From Bacteroidaceae bacterium (GTDB taxonomy: Bacteria; Bacteroidota; Bacteroidia; Bacteroidales; Bacteroidaceae), in contig JAEEZS010000067.1 in assembly GCA_016291905.1 (NCBI GenBank), forward strand, positions 7,926 through 71,925: a DNA stretch of 64,000 nt, in the 5' to 3' direction. Below, one piece after another: positions 38,109 to 46,584 of this stretch. Numbering within the stretch: the stretch's first letter is position 1; each line of letters opens with the position of its first letter. A program made the translations under genes and the position numbers. Under the pieces are notes generated by a model. It was given only the letters and a program-made list of their open reading frames with translations. It searched no databases and was not told where the DNA came from.

Positions 38109-38531
38109 ATGTATAGGAATGTTTTATTTGGCGATTATTTTCACTTGGGCTTTTCATTACCTCGATATGTTGACCTTCTAAAGCTTATTAGGCCTAAATC
38201 GTTCATAATGGTAGATAACGATGGTATTAAAGGATATATGTTATTGAAAAAAGGAAAGATGAAATTGCAAAATTACAACAATAGTAATGAAACATTACAT
38301 TTTCTTAGGATTTATGACCAAACAAATTTCGAAATATACCAAATAATATCGTTGTTTCAAAAAGAAGATAATGATGTCATTTATAATATCTTTGATAGAG
38401 TATTAGCTAAACTGAATAATGGAGATTACTTGTGGGGCAAAGCATATAATTCTTCCGACCATTATATATATCAAAAATTAGGCTTTATAAAACTAAGTGA
38501 CAAAATATATGGCTATCAGTATACATTATAA
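38109..38531 (+). CDS. Hypothetical protein (weak GNAT-like C-terminus)
   Basis: The ATG at 38109 is preceded by a TAATTTTG box at 38083-38090. Only the tail (IYQKLGFIKL) is reminiscent of acetyltransferases, and no Q/RxxGxG/A motif was seen. Confidence 0.4.
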   Translation: MYRNVLFGDYFHLGFSLPRYVDLLKLIRPKSFIMVDNDGIKGYMLLKKGKMKLQNYNNSNETLHFLRIYDQTNFEIYQIISLFQKEDNDVIYNIFDRVLAKLNNGDYLWGKAYNSSDHYIYQKLGFIKLSDKIYGYQYTL

Positions 38532-38997
38532 AGATGAGTAACCAAATCAATGAGTGCTCATTTCTTATAGTTATTTATGCCAAGTGCTATATTATTGCCA
38601 AAAAATATGGGATAAAATGATGGCATATTATAAAATGCTGGTCACTAACCTCAAATGTTTTTAGCTTTGGTATTGCAGTTCCAGATTTTATTAGTATATT
38701 TGCACAGAATATAGCGTGACGCAGCGAGCAGGTATTCCAGACGGGATTACTCTCTATGACTATGATTAAGAGTCGATTATTGAAAAAAGACCCCGGCTTT
38801 CAAATAAGAGAATGTGATTCAATGCGTTGAGATGGAGAAGGCAAAACAGGTTGTTCTATAGACTGTTGAGGTGCCGAAAACTACGGGACAGATGGCGCGG
38901 TCGGTTTCTGGCTGGCATTCAGCGTCATAAGGGATAGAATGGGAAGACTGCGTTTTCGTAAGGCTTTCATTCACTATCAGTTATTAAGCAGATTTGC

Positions 38998-39241
38998 AAA
39001 GGTGTCAAAGTGTCAAGGTGTCATGGTGTCATTTTGGGTTATGGGGTTTGGGCGTAGGCCGGACGGATGGGGAGGGGGAGACTGTAAGAAAATCCGAAGG
39101 AATATATTATAAATTATTATATATATTATTTAATTATATATTATAATTTATTATAATATATAATTAAGGCTTCTCCCGAAGGTGCATGCGGAATGCTTCA
39201 CCGAAAATGACACCATGACACTTTGACACTTTGACACCTTT
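38998..39241. repeat. Structured element: 38-bp inverted repeat built from 8-bp GTGTCA(A/T) iterons around an AT-rich quasi-palindromic core
   Basis: The left arm aaaggtgtcaaagtgtcaaggtgtcatggtgtcatttt (38998-39035) pairs with the right arm aaaatgacaccatgacactttgacactttgacaccttt (39204-39241) with one mismatch. The core at 39103-39168 consists entirely of A and T. Confidence 0.85.
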
Positions 39242-39628
39242 TTCACTCGGCTGGAAGTCAGCGACTTACAAAGGATGCTAAGGGCTAACTCACACTGGCA
39301 GACGTTGTTACGCACAGGAGGCGGGCAAGGGCGTTTTCAGGGGTAAGACGGCTGCTCCCCATACCCTCACCCTGCCCAGAATCCCACTGCGCTGTACTGA
39401 CAGCCCAGTGGACTGGGCGCACGACGCAGTGCGTTAGCGATTTATTCCAGTGGGCTTATCGGAGGGGAATTGGGCGTCTTGCCCTGGCGTAAATGAGGGA
39501 ATACTGGCATGGCGCAAATGAAGGAAATAGGACAGGGCAAACCGAGCGAAAAGGCAATTCTATGGGAGATTTGGTTAAAAAAGCCCTCTTATATTGGGTG
39601 AGGATTTCGGGATTTTCAAAAAAGTGTG

Positions 39629-39636
39629 TAATTTTG
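39629..39636 (+). promoter_or_regulatory. -7 promoter box TAATTTTG
   Basis: It lies 35 nt upstream of the 39671 ATG. Confidence 0.5.
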
Positions 39637-39670
39637 CAGCGAGAGAATGCTTGTCGTTAAAGTAGAAAAA

Positions 39671-40600
39671 ATGAAGAAACTCTGTCATTACCTATCGGAA
39701 TACATGGGGGTGCTGGTGCTGGCAGCTGCCTTGCTGGCGCTGGCTTTCCCGAATGTGCTGCAACAGGTGCGTCCGAAGGTTATCAACTATCTGCTGGGCG
39801 TCGTGATGTTTGGCATGGGACTGACGCTGAACCTAAGGGATTTCAAAATCGTCTTCAGCCGTCCGAAGGATGTCATCGTCGGCTGTCTGGCGCAGTTCAC
39901 CATCATGCCGCTGCTGGCCTGGGGGCTGGGGAGAGCCTTTCAGCTCGACGAGGCATTGGCTCTTGGCGTGGTGCTGGTGGGCTGTTGTCCTGGCGGCACG
40001 GCCTCGAATGTGATTACGTATCTGGCGAAGGGCGATCTGGCATTGTCTGTGGGAATGACAGGCGTTTCCACCTTGCTGGCACCCCTGCTGACGCCTCTGC
40101 TCACCTGGGCATTGGCCGGAAAGAGCGTCGATGTGGACGTGGCCGGTATGCTGTTGAGCATCCTCTGGGTGGTCATCTTGCCTATCGTCGTGGGGTTGAT
40201 TGTCAAGGGACTTTTGCCCCAACTTACGGAGAAGGCCACCGCCTACCTGCCCGCTGTCTCCACGCTTGCCATCGCCTTCATTGTGGCTATCGTTGTCGGG
40301 GCCAATGCCCACAAGCTGATGGCAGGCGGCTGGGTCATCGTCATGGTAGTCATGCTTCACAACCTCTGCGGACTGGGTCTTGGCTATCTGTTGGGGAGGC
40401 TGTTAGGGCTGTCTGAGCCGAAGAAGCGGGCCATCTCCATCGAGGTGGGCATGCAGAACTCCGGCCTCGCCTCGTCGCTGGCCACGCTCCATTTCGCGGC
40501 CTATCCCATGGCTGCGATTCCCGGTGCCATCTTCAGCGTGTGGCACAACATCAGCGGTGCGATGGTCGCCCGGCTTTACACGAGAAAACAAGCCGGCTGA
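39671..40600 (+). CDS. Bile acid:sodium symporter (BASS/ASBT-like) family transporter
   Basis: Multi-TM protein with CCPGGTASNV and MQNSGLA motifs typical of the BASS family. The start MKKLCHYLSEY lies downstream of the promoter box. Confidence 0.85.
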   Translation: MKKLCHYLSEYMGVLVLAAALLALAFPNVLQQVRPKVINYLLGVVMFGMGLTLNLRDFKIVFSRPKDVIVGCLAQFTIMPLLAWGLGRAFQLDEALALGVVLVGCCPGGTASNVITYLAKGDLALSVGMTGVSTLLAPLLTPLLTWALAGKSVDVDVAGMLLSILWVVILPIVVGLIVKGLLPQLTEKATAYLPAVSTLAIAFIVAIVVGANAHKLMAGGWVIVMVVMLHNLCGLGLGYLLGRLLGLSEPKKRAISIEVGMQNSGLASSLATLHFAAYPMAAIPGAIFSVWHNISGAMVARLYTRKQAG

Positions 40601-40763
40601 CCGGATGTCTCCGTCAGGGAGATGAAATCGACGCGAGAAGGGGTTGTGGGGCAAAAGTCTGAATGACAAAAAAGGATTTATTATCTTTGCAGCGGAAATG
40701 ATAAAAATGTGCCGATGGTGGATTTTTCGTTCTTATAAATTTGCTTTTTTGCTCACCTTGCAC

Positions 40764-40771
40764 TATCTTTG
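40764..40771 (+). promoter_or_regulatory. -7 promoter box TATCTTTG with an upstream TTTG (-33-like)
   Basis: aaaTTTGcttttttgctcaccttgcacTATCTTTGtaccc lies 31 nt upstream of the 40802 ATG. A second TATCTTTG sits at 40682-40689. Confidence 0.6.
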
Positions 40772-40801
40772 TACCCAAAACCAGAAAATCGAATCCCAAC
40801 A

Positions 40802-42808
40802 ATGAAAAAGACGTTGCTTTCCCTCGTTGCAGCCGTGCTGTGCGCATCGGCTGTCGTTGCCCAGCCGGGCGGCATGGACTGGAACTCCCTGCCCAGTCAC
40901 GACTTTCAGGTGAACCTCAAGAAGGTGGGTGCTCCCATCCAGCCCACCATGTACGGCATCTTCTTCGAGGACATCAACTACGGCGCCGATGGCGGCCTCT
41001 ATGCCGAGCTGGTGAAGAACCGCTCGTTTGACTTCCCCTATGCCTTCACGGGCTGGCAGGTGGCCGGCAACGTGGAGCTGCGCCAGGGCGACGGGCCGTT
41101 TGACCGTAACCCCAACTATGTGCGCCTCGGCTACAGCGGGCATCACGACAAGTTCACCGCCCTTACGAACGAGGGCTTCTTCGGCATCGGTGTCGAGCAG
41201 GGCAAGACGTACAACTTCTCCGTGTGGGCACGTGTCCCCGTAGGCTTCAAGACGGCCAAGGTGCGCGTGCAGCTGGCTATCCCCAACACCATGGGCGAGC
41301 GTCAGCAGTTCGTGGAGAAGGAGATCACCTTCGAGGGCAGCGTATGGAAGAAGTACGAGGTGGCCATCGAGTCGCCTATCACCCATCCGAAAGCACAGCT
41401 GCGCCTCTTCCTCGTGGGGAAGAACAGCGTGGACCTGGAGCACGTCAGCCTCTTCCCGGCTGATGCGTGGAGGGGCATCCTGCGCAACGACCTCGTGCAG
41501 GCGCTCGCCGACCTCCACCCCGGAGTGTTCCGCTTCCCCGGCGGGTGCATCGTGGAGGGCACTGACCTTGCCACGCGCTACAACTGGAAGAACACCGTGG
41601 GCCCGGCCGAGAACCGCCCGCTCAACGAGAACCGCTGGCACTATACCTTCGACTACCGCTTCTTCCCCGACTACTTCCAGACGTACGGCCTCGGCTTCTA
41701 CGAGTTCTTCTGCCTGTCGGAGGCCATCGGCGCAGCGCCGCTGCCTGTCATCAGCTGCGGCCTGGCATGCCAGTTCCAGAACCGTCCGGAGGAGAACGCC
41801 CATGTGCCCGTCGACGAGCTGCAGCCCTATGTGCAGGATGCCCTCGACCTCATTGAGTTTGCCAACGGCAGCGTGGATACGAAGTGGGGCAAGGTGCGTG
41901 CCGACATGGGACACCCCGAGCCCTTTGGGCTGAAGTTCCTGGCTGTGGGCAACGAGCAGTGGGGACAGGAGTACATCGACCATGTGGAGCCCTTCATCGC
42001 CGCCCTGCGGAAGGCTCACCCCGAAATCAACATCATCGGCACCGCAGGCCCCTACAACAGTGGTGAGATGTTCGACTTCCTCTGGCCCGAGATGCGCCGC
42101 CTGAAAGCCGACCTCGTGGACGAGCATTACTATGCGCCCGAGAGCTGGTTCATCAGCCATGCCAGCCGCTACGACACCTACGACCGCAAGGGCCCGAAGG
42201 TGTTTGCCGGAGAATATGCCTGCCACGGACGCGGCAAGAAGTACAACCACTTCAACGCCTCGCTCATGGAGGCTGCCTTCATGACGGGCCTCGAGCGCAA
42301 CGCCGACGTCGTCTATATGGCCACCTACGCCCCGCTCTTCGCCCATGTGGAGGGCTGGCAGTGGAGGCCCGACCTCATCTGGTACGACAACCTGCGCAGC
42401 GTCCGCACGTGCAGCTACTACGTGCAGCAGCTCTACAGCACCTACAAGGGCACCAACGTCCTCACGCTCACCGAGAACGGCAAGCCCGTGGCAGGCAGCG
42501 AGGTGCAGGACGGGCTGTTTGCCTCGGCTGTGCTGGACAAGGAGAAGAACCAGGTGATTGTGAAGGTGGTGAACACAGCCTCCGAGCCGCGCCGCTTCGA
42601 CCTCACCTTCAGCGGACTGAAGAAGAAGCAGACGCTGGTGGACGGTGAGCACATCATCTTCCACAGCGACAATCCCGATTTGGAGAACACCGTGCAGAAT
42701 CCCGCTGCCGTGCTGCCGCGCACCTTCCAGCAGCGCATCGAGGGCAACGTCATGCACGGACGGATGGCTCCCAACACCTTCTGCGTCTATGCGTTTACGA
42801 TACAGTAG
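40802..42808 (+). CDS. GH51-family alpha-L-arabinofuranosidase
   Basis: Signal peptide MKKTLLSLVAAVLCASAVVAQ. Motifs KNRSFDFP, FPGGCIVEG, LAVGNEQWG (acid/base Glu) and FAGEYA (nucleophile Glu). Confidence 0.85.
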   Translation: MKKTLLSLVAAVLCASAVVAQPGGMDWNSLPSHDFQVNLKKVGAPIQPTMYGIFFEDINYGADGGLYAELVKNRSFDFPYAFTGWQVAGNVELRQGDGPFDRNPNYVRLGYSGHHDKFTALTNEGFFGIGVEQGKTYNFSVWARVPVGFKTAKVRVQLAIPNTMGERQQFVEKEITFEGSVWKKYEVAIESPITHPKAQLRLFLVGKNSVDLEHVSLFPADAWRGILRNDLVQALADLHPGVFRFPGGCIVEGTDLATRYNWKNTVGPAENRPLNENRWHYTFDYRFFPDYFQTYGLGFYEFFCLSEAIGAAPLPVISCGLACQFQNRPEENAHVPVDELQPYVQDALDLIEFANGSVDTKWGKVRADMGHPEPFGLKFLAVGNEQWGQEYIDHVEPFIAALRKAHPEINIIGTAGPYNSGEMFDFLWPEMRRLKADLVDEHYYAPESWFISHASRYDTYDRKGPKVFAGEYACHGRGKKYNHFNASLMEAAFMTGLERNADVVYMATYAPLFAHVEGWQWRPDLIWYDNLRSVRTCSYYVQQLYSTYKGTNVLTLTENGKPVAGSEVQDGLFASAVLDKEKNQVIVKVVNTASEPRRFDLTFSGLKKKQTLVDGEHIIFHSDNPDLENTVQNPAAVLPRTFQQRIEGNVMHGRMAPNTFCVYAFTIQ

Positions 42809-43514
42809 CCTTGTTGTGCTATGGCTGCTGCTGGTGCTGCCGACGACAGCCATGGCACAATTTGTGCCCGACTCGCTCTGCACGGTGGACACGCTGCACT
42901 GGGAGCCCAACCCCGCCATGCAAGCGCGCCATGCAGCTGTGCTCAACGACCGGAATGCCATCCAGCTGGAGGCTGCCAAGCGCTTCGGCTTGCGCTCGCC
43001 CCTGCCGACACGCGAGGGTGCCGAGGCGGCAACGGCAGGGCTGACGTTCATTGAGAGCAACGATGCCTACACCGTCGATTCGCTTGAATACTCCATTCCC
43101 TTCCTCACGTCGGCAGCGGCAACGCTGGTGAACGACATCGGCGAGGCGTTCCGCGACAGCGTCCGAGCGGCCGAGCTGGGCGAATACCGCATCATCGTCA
43201 CCTCGGTGCTGCGCACCGTGGAGGACGTGGAGCGGCTGCGTGCCTCGGGCAACCGCAATGCCGTGCCCAACTCCACCCACTGCTTCGCAACCACCTTCGA
43301 CCTCTCCTACGAGCGCTTCTACCGCCTGGCCACTGCCGATGAATGGTTGAACGCCACCTTCGACCCTCATGAAGTGACTGGCATCCTCTATGCCGACCCC
43401 GAGGCGCTCACCAACATCCTCGTCGGCATCGTCACCCGGCTGCGTGCCCAGGGGCGCTGCTACAGCATCTTCGAGCGGGGCGAGAACTGCATCCACATCA
43501 CCGTCAGACGATAG
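42789..43514 (+). CDS. Secreted hypothetical protein, possibly an LAS/M15-type peptidase fold (DUF5715-like)
   Basis: The internal start MRLRYSSLVVLWLLLVLPTTAMAQ gives a signal peptide. NSTHCFATTFDLSY resembles the SxHxxGxAxD motif of VanY/M15 enzymes. It overlaps the GH51 stop by 20 nt. Confidence 0.5.
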   Translation: MRLRYSSLVVLWLLLVLPTTAMAQFVPDSLCTVDTLHWEPNPAMQARHAAVLNDRNAIQLEAAKRFGLRSPLPTREGAEAATAGLTFIESNDAYTVDSLEYSIPFLTSAAATLVNDIGEAFRDSVRAAELGEYRIIVTSVLRTVEDVERLRASGNRNAVPNSTHCFATTFDLSYERFYRLATADEWLNATFDPHEVTGILYADPEALTNILVGIVTRLRAQGRCYSIFERGENCIHITVRR

Positions 43515-43606
43515 GTTTTCAGCCGTTTCGCACCCTGCGGAAAGAGATTTTTGCAGAAAAAGTGTTCTTTTTTTGGAAAAAGGTTGTGGGAATGAAAAAA
43601 ACGGTG

Positions 43607-43614
43607 TATCTTTG
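43607..43614 (+). promoter_or_regulatory. -7 promoter box TATCTTTG for tRNA-Val
   Basis: It lies 19 nt upstream of the tRNA 5' end. Confidence 0.55.
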
Positions 43615-43632
43615 CAGCGAAAATCGTCAGAT

Positions 43633-43707
43633 AGGGGCGTAGCCCAGCTGGTTAAGAGCGCTGCAGTCACATTGCAGAGGTCATCGGTTCGAGCCCGATC
43701 GTCCCTA
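43633..43707 (+). tRNA. tRNA-Val (anticodon CAC)
   Basis: Hand-folded cloverleaf: acceptor AGGGGCG/CGTCCCT (one G-U pair), anticodon stem CTGCA/TGCAG with loop GTCACAT, T-arm ATCGG-TTCGAGC-CCGAT. The T-arm resembles Bacteroides tRNA-Val as I recall it. Confidence 0.8.
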
Positions 43708-43756
43708 CGAGAGGAATTGTTTTGTTCATGACGCCGGAGGTTATTCTCCGGAAATA

Positions 43757-43789
43757 CCACGCTCCCGAAAGGGGGCGTGGTTGTTTTTT
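43757..43789 (+). terminator. Terminator after tRNA-Val
   Basis: Stem ccacgctccc / loop gaaa / stem gggggcgtgg, followed by ttgtttttt. Confidence 0.7.
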
Positions 43790-43878
43790 GGGGGGTGGGA
43801 GAGATTGCCGGAATACCCGGAATATACGGAATTGCCGGAATGTCCGAAACGATGTGCTTTTTAGATGGCGTGGGGGAG

Positions 43879-43913
43879 TAAAAAAGAAGTTGGGGCGAAT
43901 TAACGTCCCAACT
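43879..43913 (-). terminator. Terminator after tRNA-Arg
   Basis: On the minus strand, agttgggacg / ttaatt / cgccccaact is followed by tcttttttac. Confidence 0.7.
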
Positions 43914-43919
43914 CTGATG

Positions 43920-43993
43920 TGACTCCTATAGGATTCAAACCTATAACCTTCTGATCCGTAGTCAGATGCTCTATTCAGTTGAGCTAAGGAGCC
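43920..43993 (-). tRNA. tRNA-Arg (anticodon ACG)
   Basis: Reverse-complement cloverleaf: acceptor GGCTCCT/AGGAGTC, D-arm GCTC-AACTGAATA-GAGC, anticodon stem TCTGA/TCAGA with loop CTACGGA, T-arm ATAGG-TTTGAAT-CCTAT. A TACCTTTG box lies at 44018-44025 on the minus strand. Confidence 0.85.
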
Positions 43994-44102
43994 GTGCTTC
44001 TTTTCAGAAAAGCGGTGCAAAGGTAAGGCACATTTTTGAATTGTGCAAGCAATAGGGGAAGTTTTTTCAAAAAAAGTTTCGTCGGCAACCCTTTTCGGGG
44101 GG

Positions 44103-46418
44103 CTACCGTTCGATGAAGCGGGTGTTGAAGAGCTGCCAGCCGACGGTGACGCCGACGCCCCAGGGGTTCAGCGGCGAACTGTTGTGCGTGAGGTAGGCGC
44201 TGGCAACGATGGTGGAGAAGCGGCCCACGAACGAGAGTTCCTCGATGTGTCCCAGACGGCTGAAGTACGAGCCGTAGTAGGGACGGTAGTTGCTGTCCTG
44301 CAGGATGGGGCGGAGGGGGAGGAAGGCATAGCCTTCGAGCCTGACGGAGAAGATGCTGGAGAGGTTATAGACGGGGATGAGGCCGGCGGCAACGTATTTG
44401 TTGGAGCGGAAGTAGCTGTTGTAGGTGAAGGTGGACGAGGCGGTGGGGGTGAAGGCGTTGGCCTGCATGAGGGTGGCGGTGAAGTTCTGCGCCAGGTTGC
44501 GCGACGAGTAGAACCCCTCGATGTAGGTGCCGAGGGTGAGCTTGCTGCTCAGCGGGTGGTAGCGCTGGTCCTTGAAGAGCACCTGCAGCCAGCTGAGGGT
44601 GGAGATGTCGGTCTGCGGCCCCAGCGGCGTGAGTCCTCGCGAGGCGTCGGTGTAGGTGCAGGTGCCTGAGAACACCTGGGCGAGGACGCTCTGTGCGCGG
44701 CCCTTGGTGGCATACTGCGGGCTGTTGAGGGAGTTCTGCCCGAAGAAGACCGAGCCGCCGAAGAGCATGTAGTCGTTGGTGCTATAGACGGGGTTCAGGA
44801 TGTCCAGCGTGCCGCCCGGCACATAGGTGTCGATGATGCGTCCGACGCCGACGCCGATTTCGGCCTTCTGATTCGAGAGGAACGGCAGGGCGCCCTTCAG
44901 CTTGACGAACGACTCACGTTCGCGGTTGAGCGAGGGCTCCGACGAGCCCGAGAAGAGGTAGTCCTGCTTGTAGTAGTCGATGGTGGAGTAGGCCACCAGC
45001 GCCCGCAGCGACACGGGGAGGTCCATGGAGAAGAAGTTGAACCGTGCCATCAGCTGCACGTTGTTGTACGTACGTCCCAGCTGTCCGTCCAGCAGCACTT
45101 CCATGGAGCGCCGGCGGAGGTGGTTGAAGTAGAATCCGAAGTAGATCTGGCTGATGTTGCCCGTGCTGAGTGCGCCGCCCAGCATCAGCGAGAGGTTGTC
45201 CTGCAGGGTGACGTCGAGCTGCAGGTCATACGAACGGTCGAAGGGGTTGTAGATGGCTGTGGGGCGGATTTCCGAGATGCTGTTGTCGGAGAGCAGGCGG
45301 AAGTAGGCCTTGCGCAGCTCCTCCAGCGAGAAGTACTCCTCGTCCTCGTCGCGAATCTCGCGCTTGATGTACTGCCGCTGCTCGTCGGTAGCCCCGCGGA
45401 CGTAGATGTTGCGGAAGCGAATCTCGGGGAACGAGGCCTTGAAAGCCTCGCGCCGCGCCCTGATGGTGTCGAGGGGCACCGTGCGGGGCACCTTGCTGCG
45501 GATACTGTCCAGCAGGTCCACCGTCGTCTGGTAGCCCAGGTCGTGCAGCTCCTTCACCTTCTGGAAGTCCAGCAGGCTCACCTCGCCCTTGAGGTCGAAC
45601 TTCATCAGGATGCCGTTGGAGTCGGGCAGCTCGTAGTTGGTGCGTGCCATGATCATCGTCTCCAGCTGCCCGATGACGTCGTCGGGCTCGGGGCGCTCCT
45701 GTCCGTAGGCCGTCACGCTGCCAATCATGAAGTCGGGGTGGAACTCCTCCTTCATGATGTCCACGGGGAAGTTGTTGAAGATGCCTCCGTCGTACGCCAG
45801 TTCGCCGTCCACCTCGATGGGCTTGAAGACGAAGGGGAACGTCATGGAGGCGCGGACGGCCGTGCCCAGGTCGCCGTGGTTGAAGATGAGCGGGCGCTTC
45901 TCATAGACGTTCGACGCCACGCAGCGGAACGGCACGAACAGCTTGTTGAAGTCCCCGTCGCACGCTGCCGTGGGCTGGGCAAACGTTTCCATGAACATCA
46001 GGTTCATATACACGGGGTTGATGAGGTTCGTGGGCAGCGAGGGCGAGAAGGCGATGCTGTCGGCGCCCAGGTCGGCGCGCACGGTCAGGAACTCTGGCGT
46101 GGGGTCGTTGCGCTTGATGTAGTAGAGGTTATCCTCGTCCATCGTGCCGGTGTAGGCGCGGTAGAAGTCCGGCGATGAGATGAAGTCCACCATCTCCCTG
46201 GGGCTGTAGCCCATGGCATAGAGCGAGGCCACCACGGCGCCCATCGAGGTGCCGGCCACGTAGTCGATGGGTATGCCGTTGTCCTCCAGCGCGTGGATGA
46301 TGCCAATGTGGGTGAGTCCCCTGGCGCCTCCGCCGCTCAGCACCAGTCCCACCGTCTGCGCCGGTGAGGCCACGCACAGCAGCATTGCCGCAAGCACTAT
46401 GACAGCCTTTTTCATCAT
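44103..46418 (-). CDS. Patatin-like phospholipase with a C-terminal outer-membrane beta-barrel (surface-antigen-like) domain
   Basis: Start MMKKAVIVLAAMLLCVASPAQ. Patatin motifs LSGGGARG and GTSMGA (catalytic Ser). The long C-terminal region is beta-rich with alternating aromatic residues. Confidence 0.85.
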   Translation of the reverse strand: MMKKAVIVLAAMLLCVASPAQTVGLVLSGGGARGLTHIGIIHALEDNGIPIDYVAGTSMGAVVASLYAMGYSPREMVDFISSPDFYRAYTGTMDEDNLYYIKRNDPTPEFLTVRADLGADSIAFSPSLPTNLINPVYMNLMFMETFAQPTAACDGDFNKLFVPFRCVASNVYEKRPLIFNHGDLGTAVRASMTFPFVFKPIEVDGELAYDGGIFNNFPVDIMKEEFHPDFMIGSVTAYGQERPEPDDVIGQLETMIMARTNYELPDSNGILMKFDLKGEVSLLDFQKVKELHDLGYQTTVDLLDSIRSKVPRTVPLDTIRARREAFKASFPEIRFRNIYVRGATDEQRQYIKREIRDEDEEYFSLEELRKAYFRLLSDNSISEIRPTAIYNPFDRSYDLQLDVTLQDNLSLMLGGALSTGNISQIYFGFYFNHLRRRSMEVLLDGQLGRTYNNVQLMARFNFFSMDLPVSLRALVAYSTIDYYKQDYLFSGSSEPSLNRERESFVKLKGALPFLSNQKAEIGVGVGRIIDTYVPGGTLDILNPVYSTNDYMLFGGSVFFGQNSLNSPQYATKGRAQSVLAQVFSGTCTYTDASRGLTPLGPQTDISTLSWLQVLFKDQRYHPLSSKLTLGTYIEGFYSSRNLAQNFTATLMQANAFTPTASSTFTYNSYFRSNKYVAAGLIPVYNLSSIFSVRLEGYAFLPLRPILQDSNYRPYYGSYFSRLGHIEELSFVGRFSTIVASAYLTHNSSPLNPWGVGVTVGWQLFNTRFIER

Positions 46419-46584
46419 CCTTCCGAAATCGGCTGCGAAGATAGTGAAAACTCCGCACAACGCCAAACGAAACCCCCGTCATTTTTTCCCTAAAAAACCA
46501 TTTTCCGAAACTTTTTCCCCTTGCGTCACCCGTTTCGCGTTTTTTTGACTAACTTTGTCCCCCAAACCGCAAAAATCCGCTTCT

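Noticed and set aside
38880-38968. Small minus-strand ORF (MKALRKRSLPILSLMTLNASQKPTAPSVP*) next to the iteron element
   Set aside because: It is only about 29 codons long, has no good promoter box (CACCTTTG rather than TAnnTTTG) and has no support beyond a signal-peptide-like start. It may be a gene remnant, but this cannot be shown from the sequence alone.
40763-43060. 765-aa ORF on the minus strand, antisense to the GH51 gene
   Set aside because: It lies entirely opposite a gene with clear family motifs and a signal peptide. Its translation is low-complexity (rich in V, A, G, H, L and E), as expected for a shadow ORF in GC-rich coding DNA, and it has no promoter box or recognisable motif.
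43633-43993. The tRNA-Val/tRNA-Arg pair as the integration site of a genomic island
   Set aside because: The AT-rich islands begin about 4 kb to the right (48.0 kb) and end about 4 kb to the left (39.3 kb) of the tRNAs. GC-rich core genes lie in between. No integrase was seen, and no duplicated tRNA 3' end was seen either.
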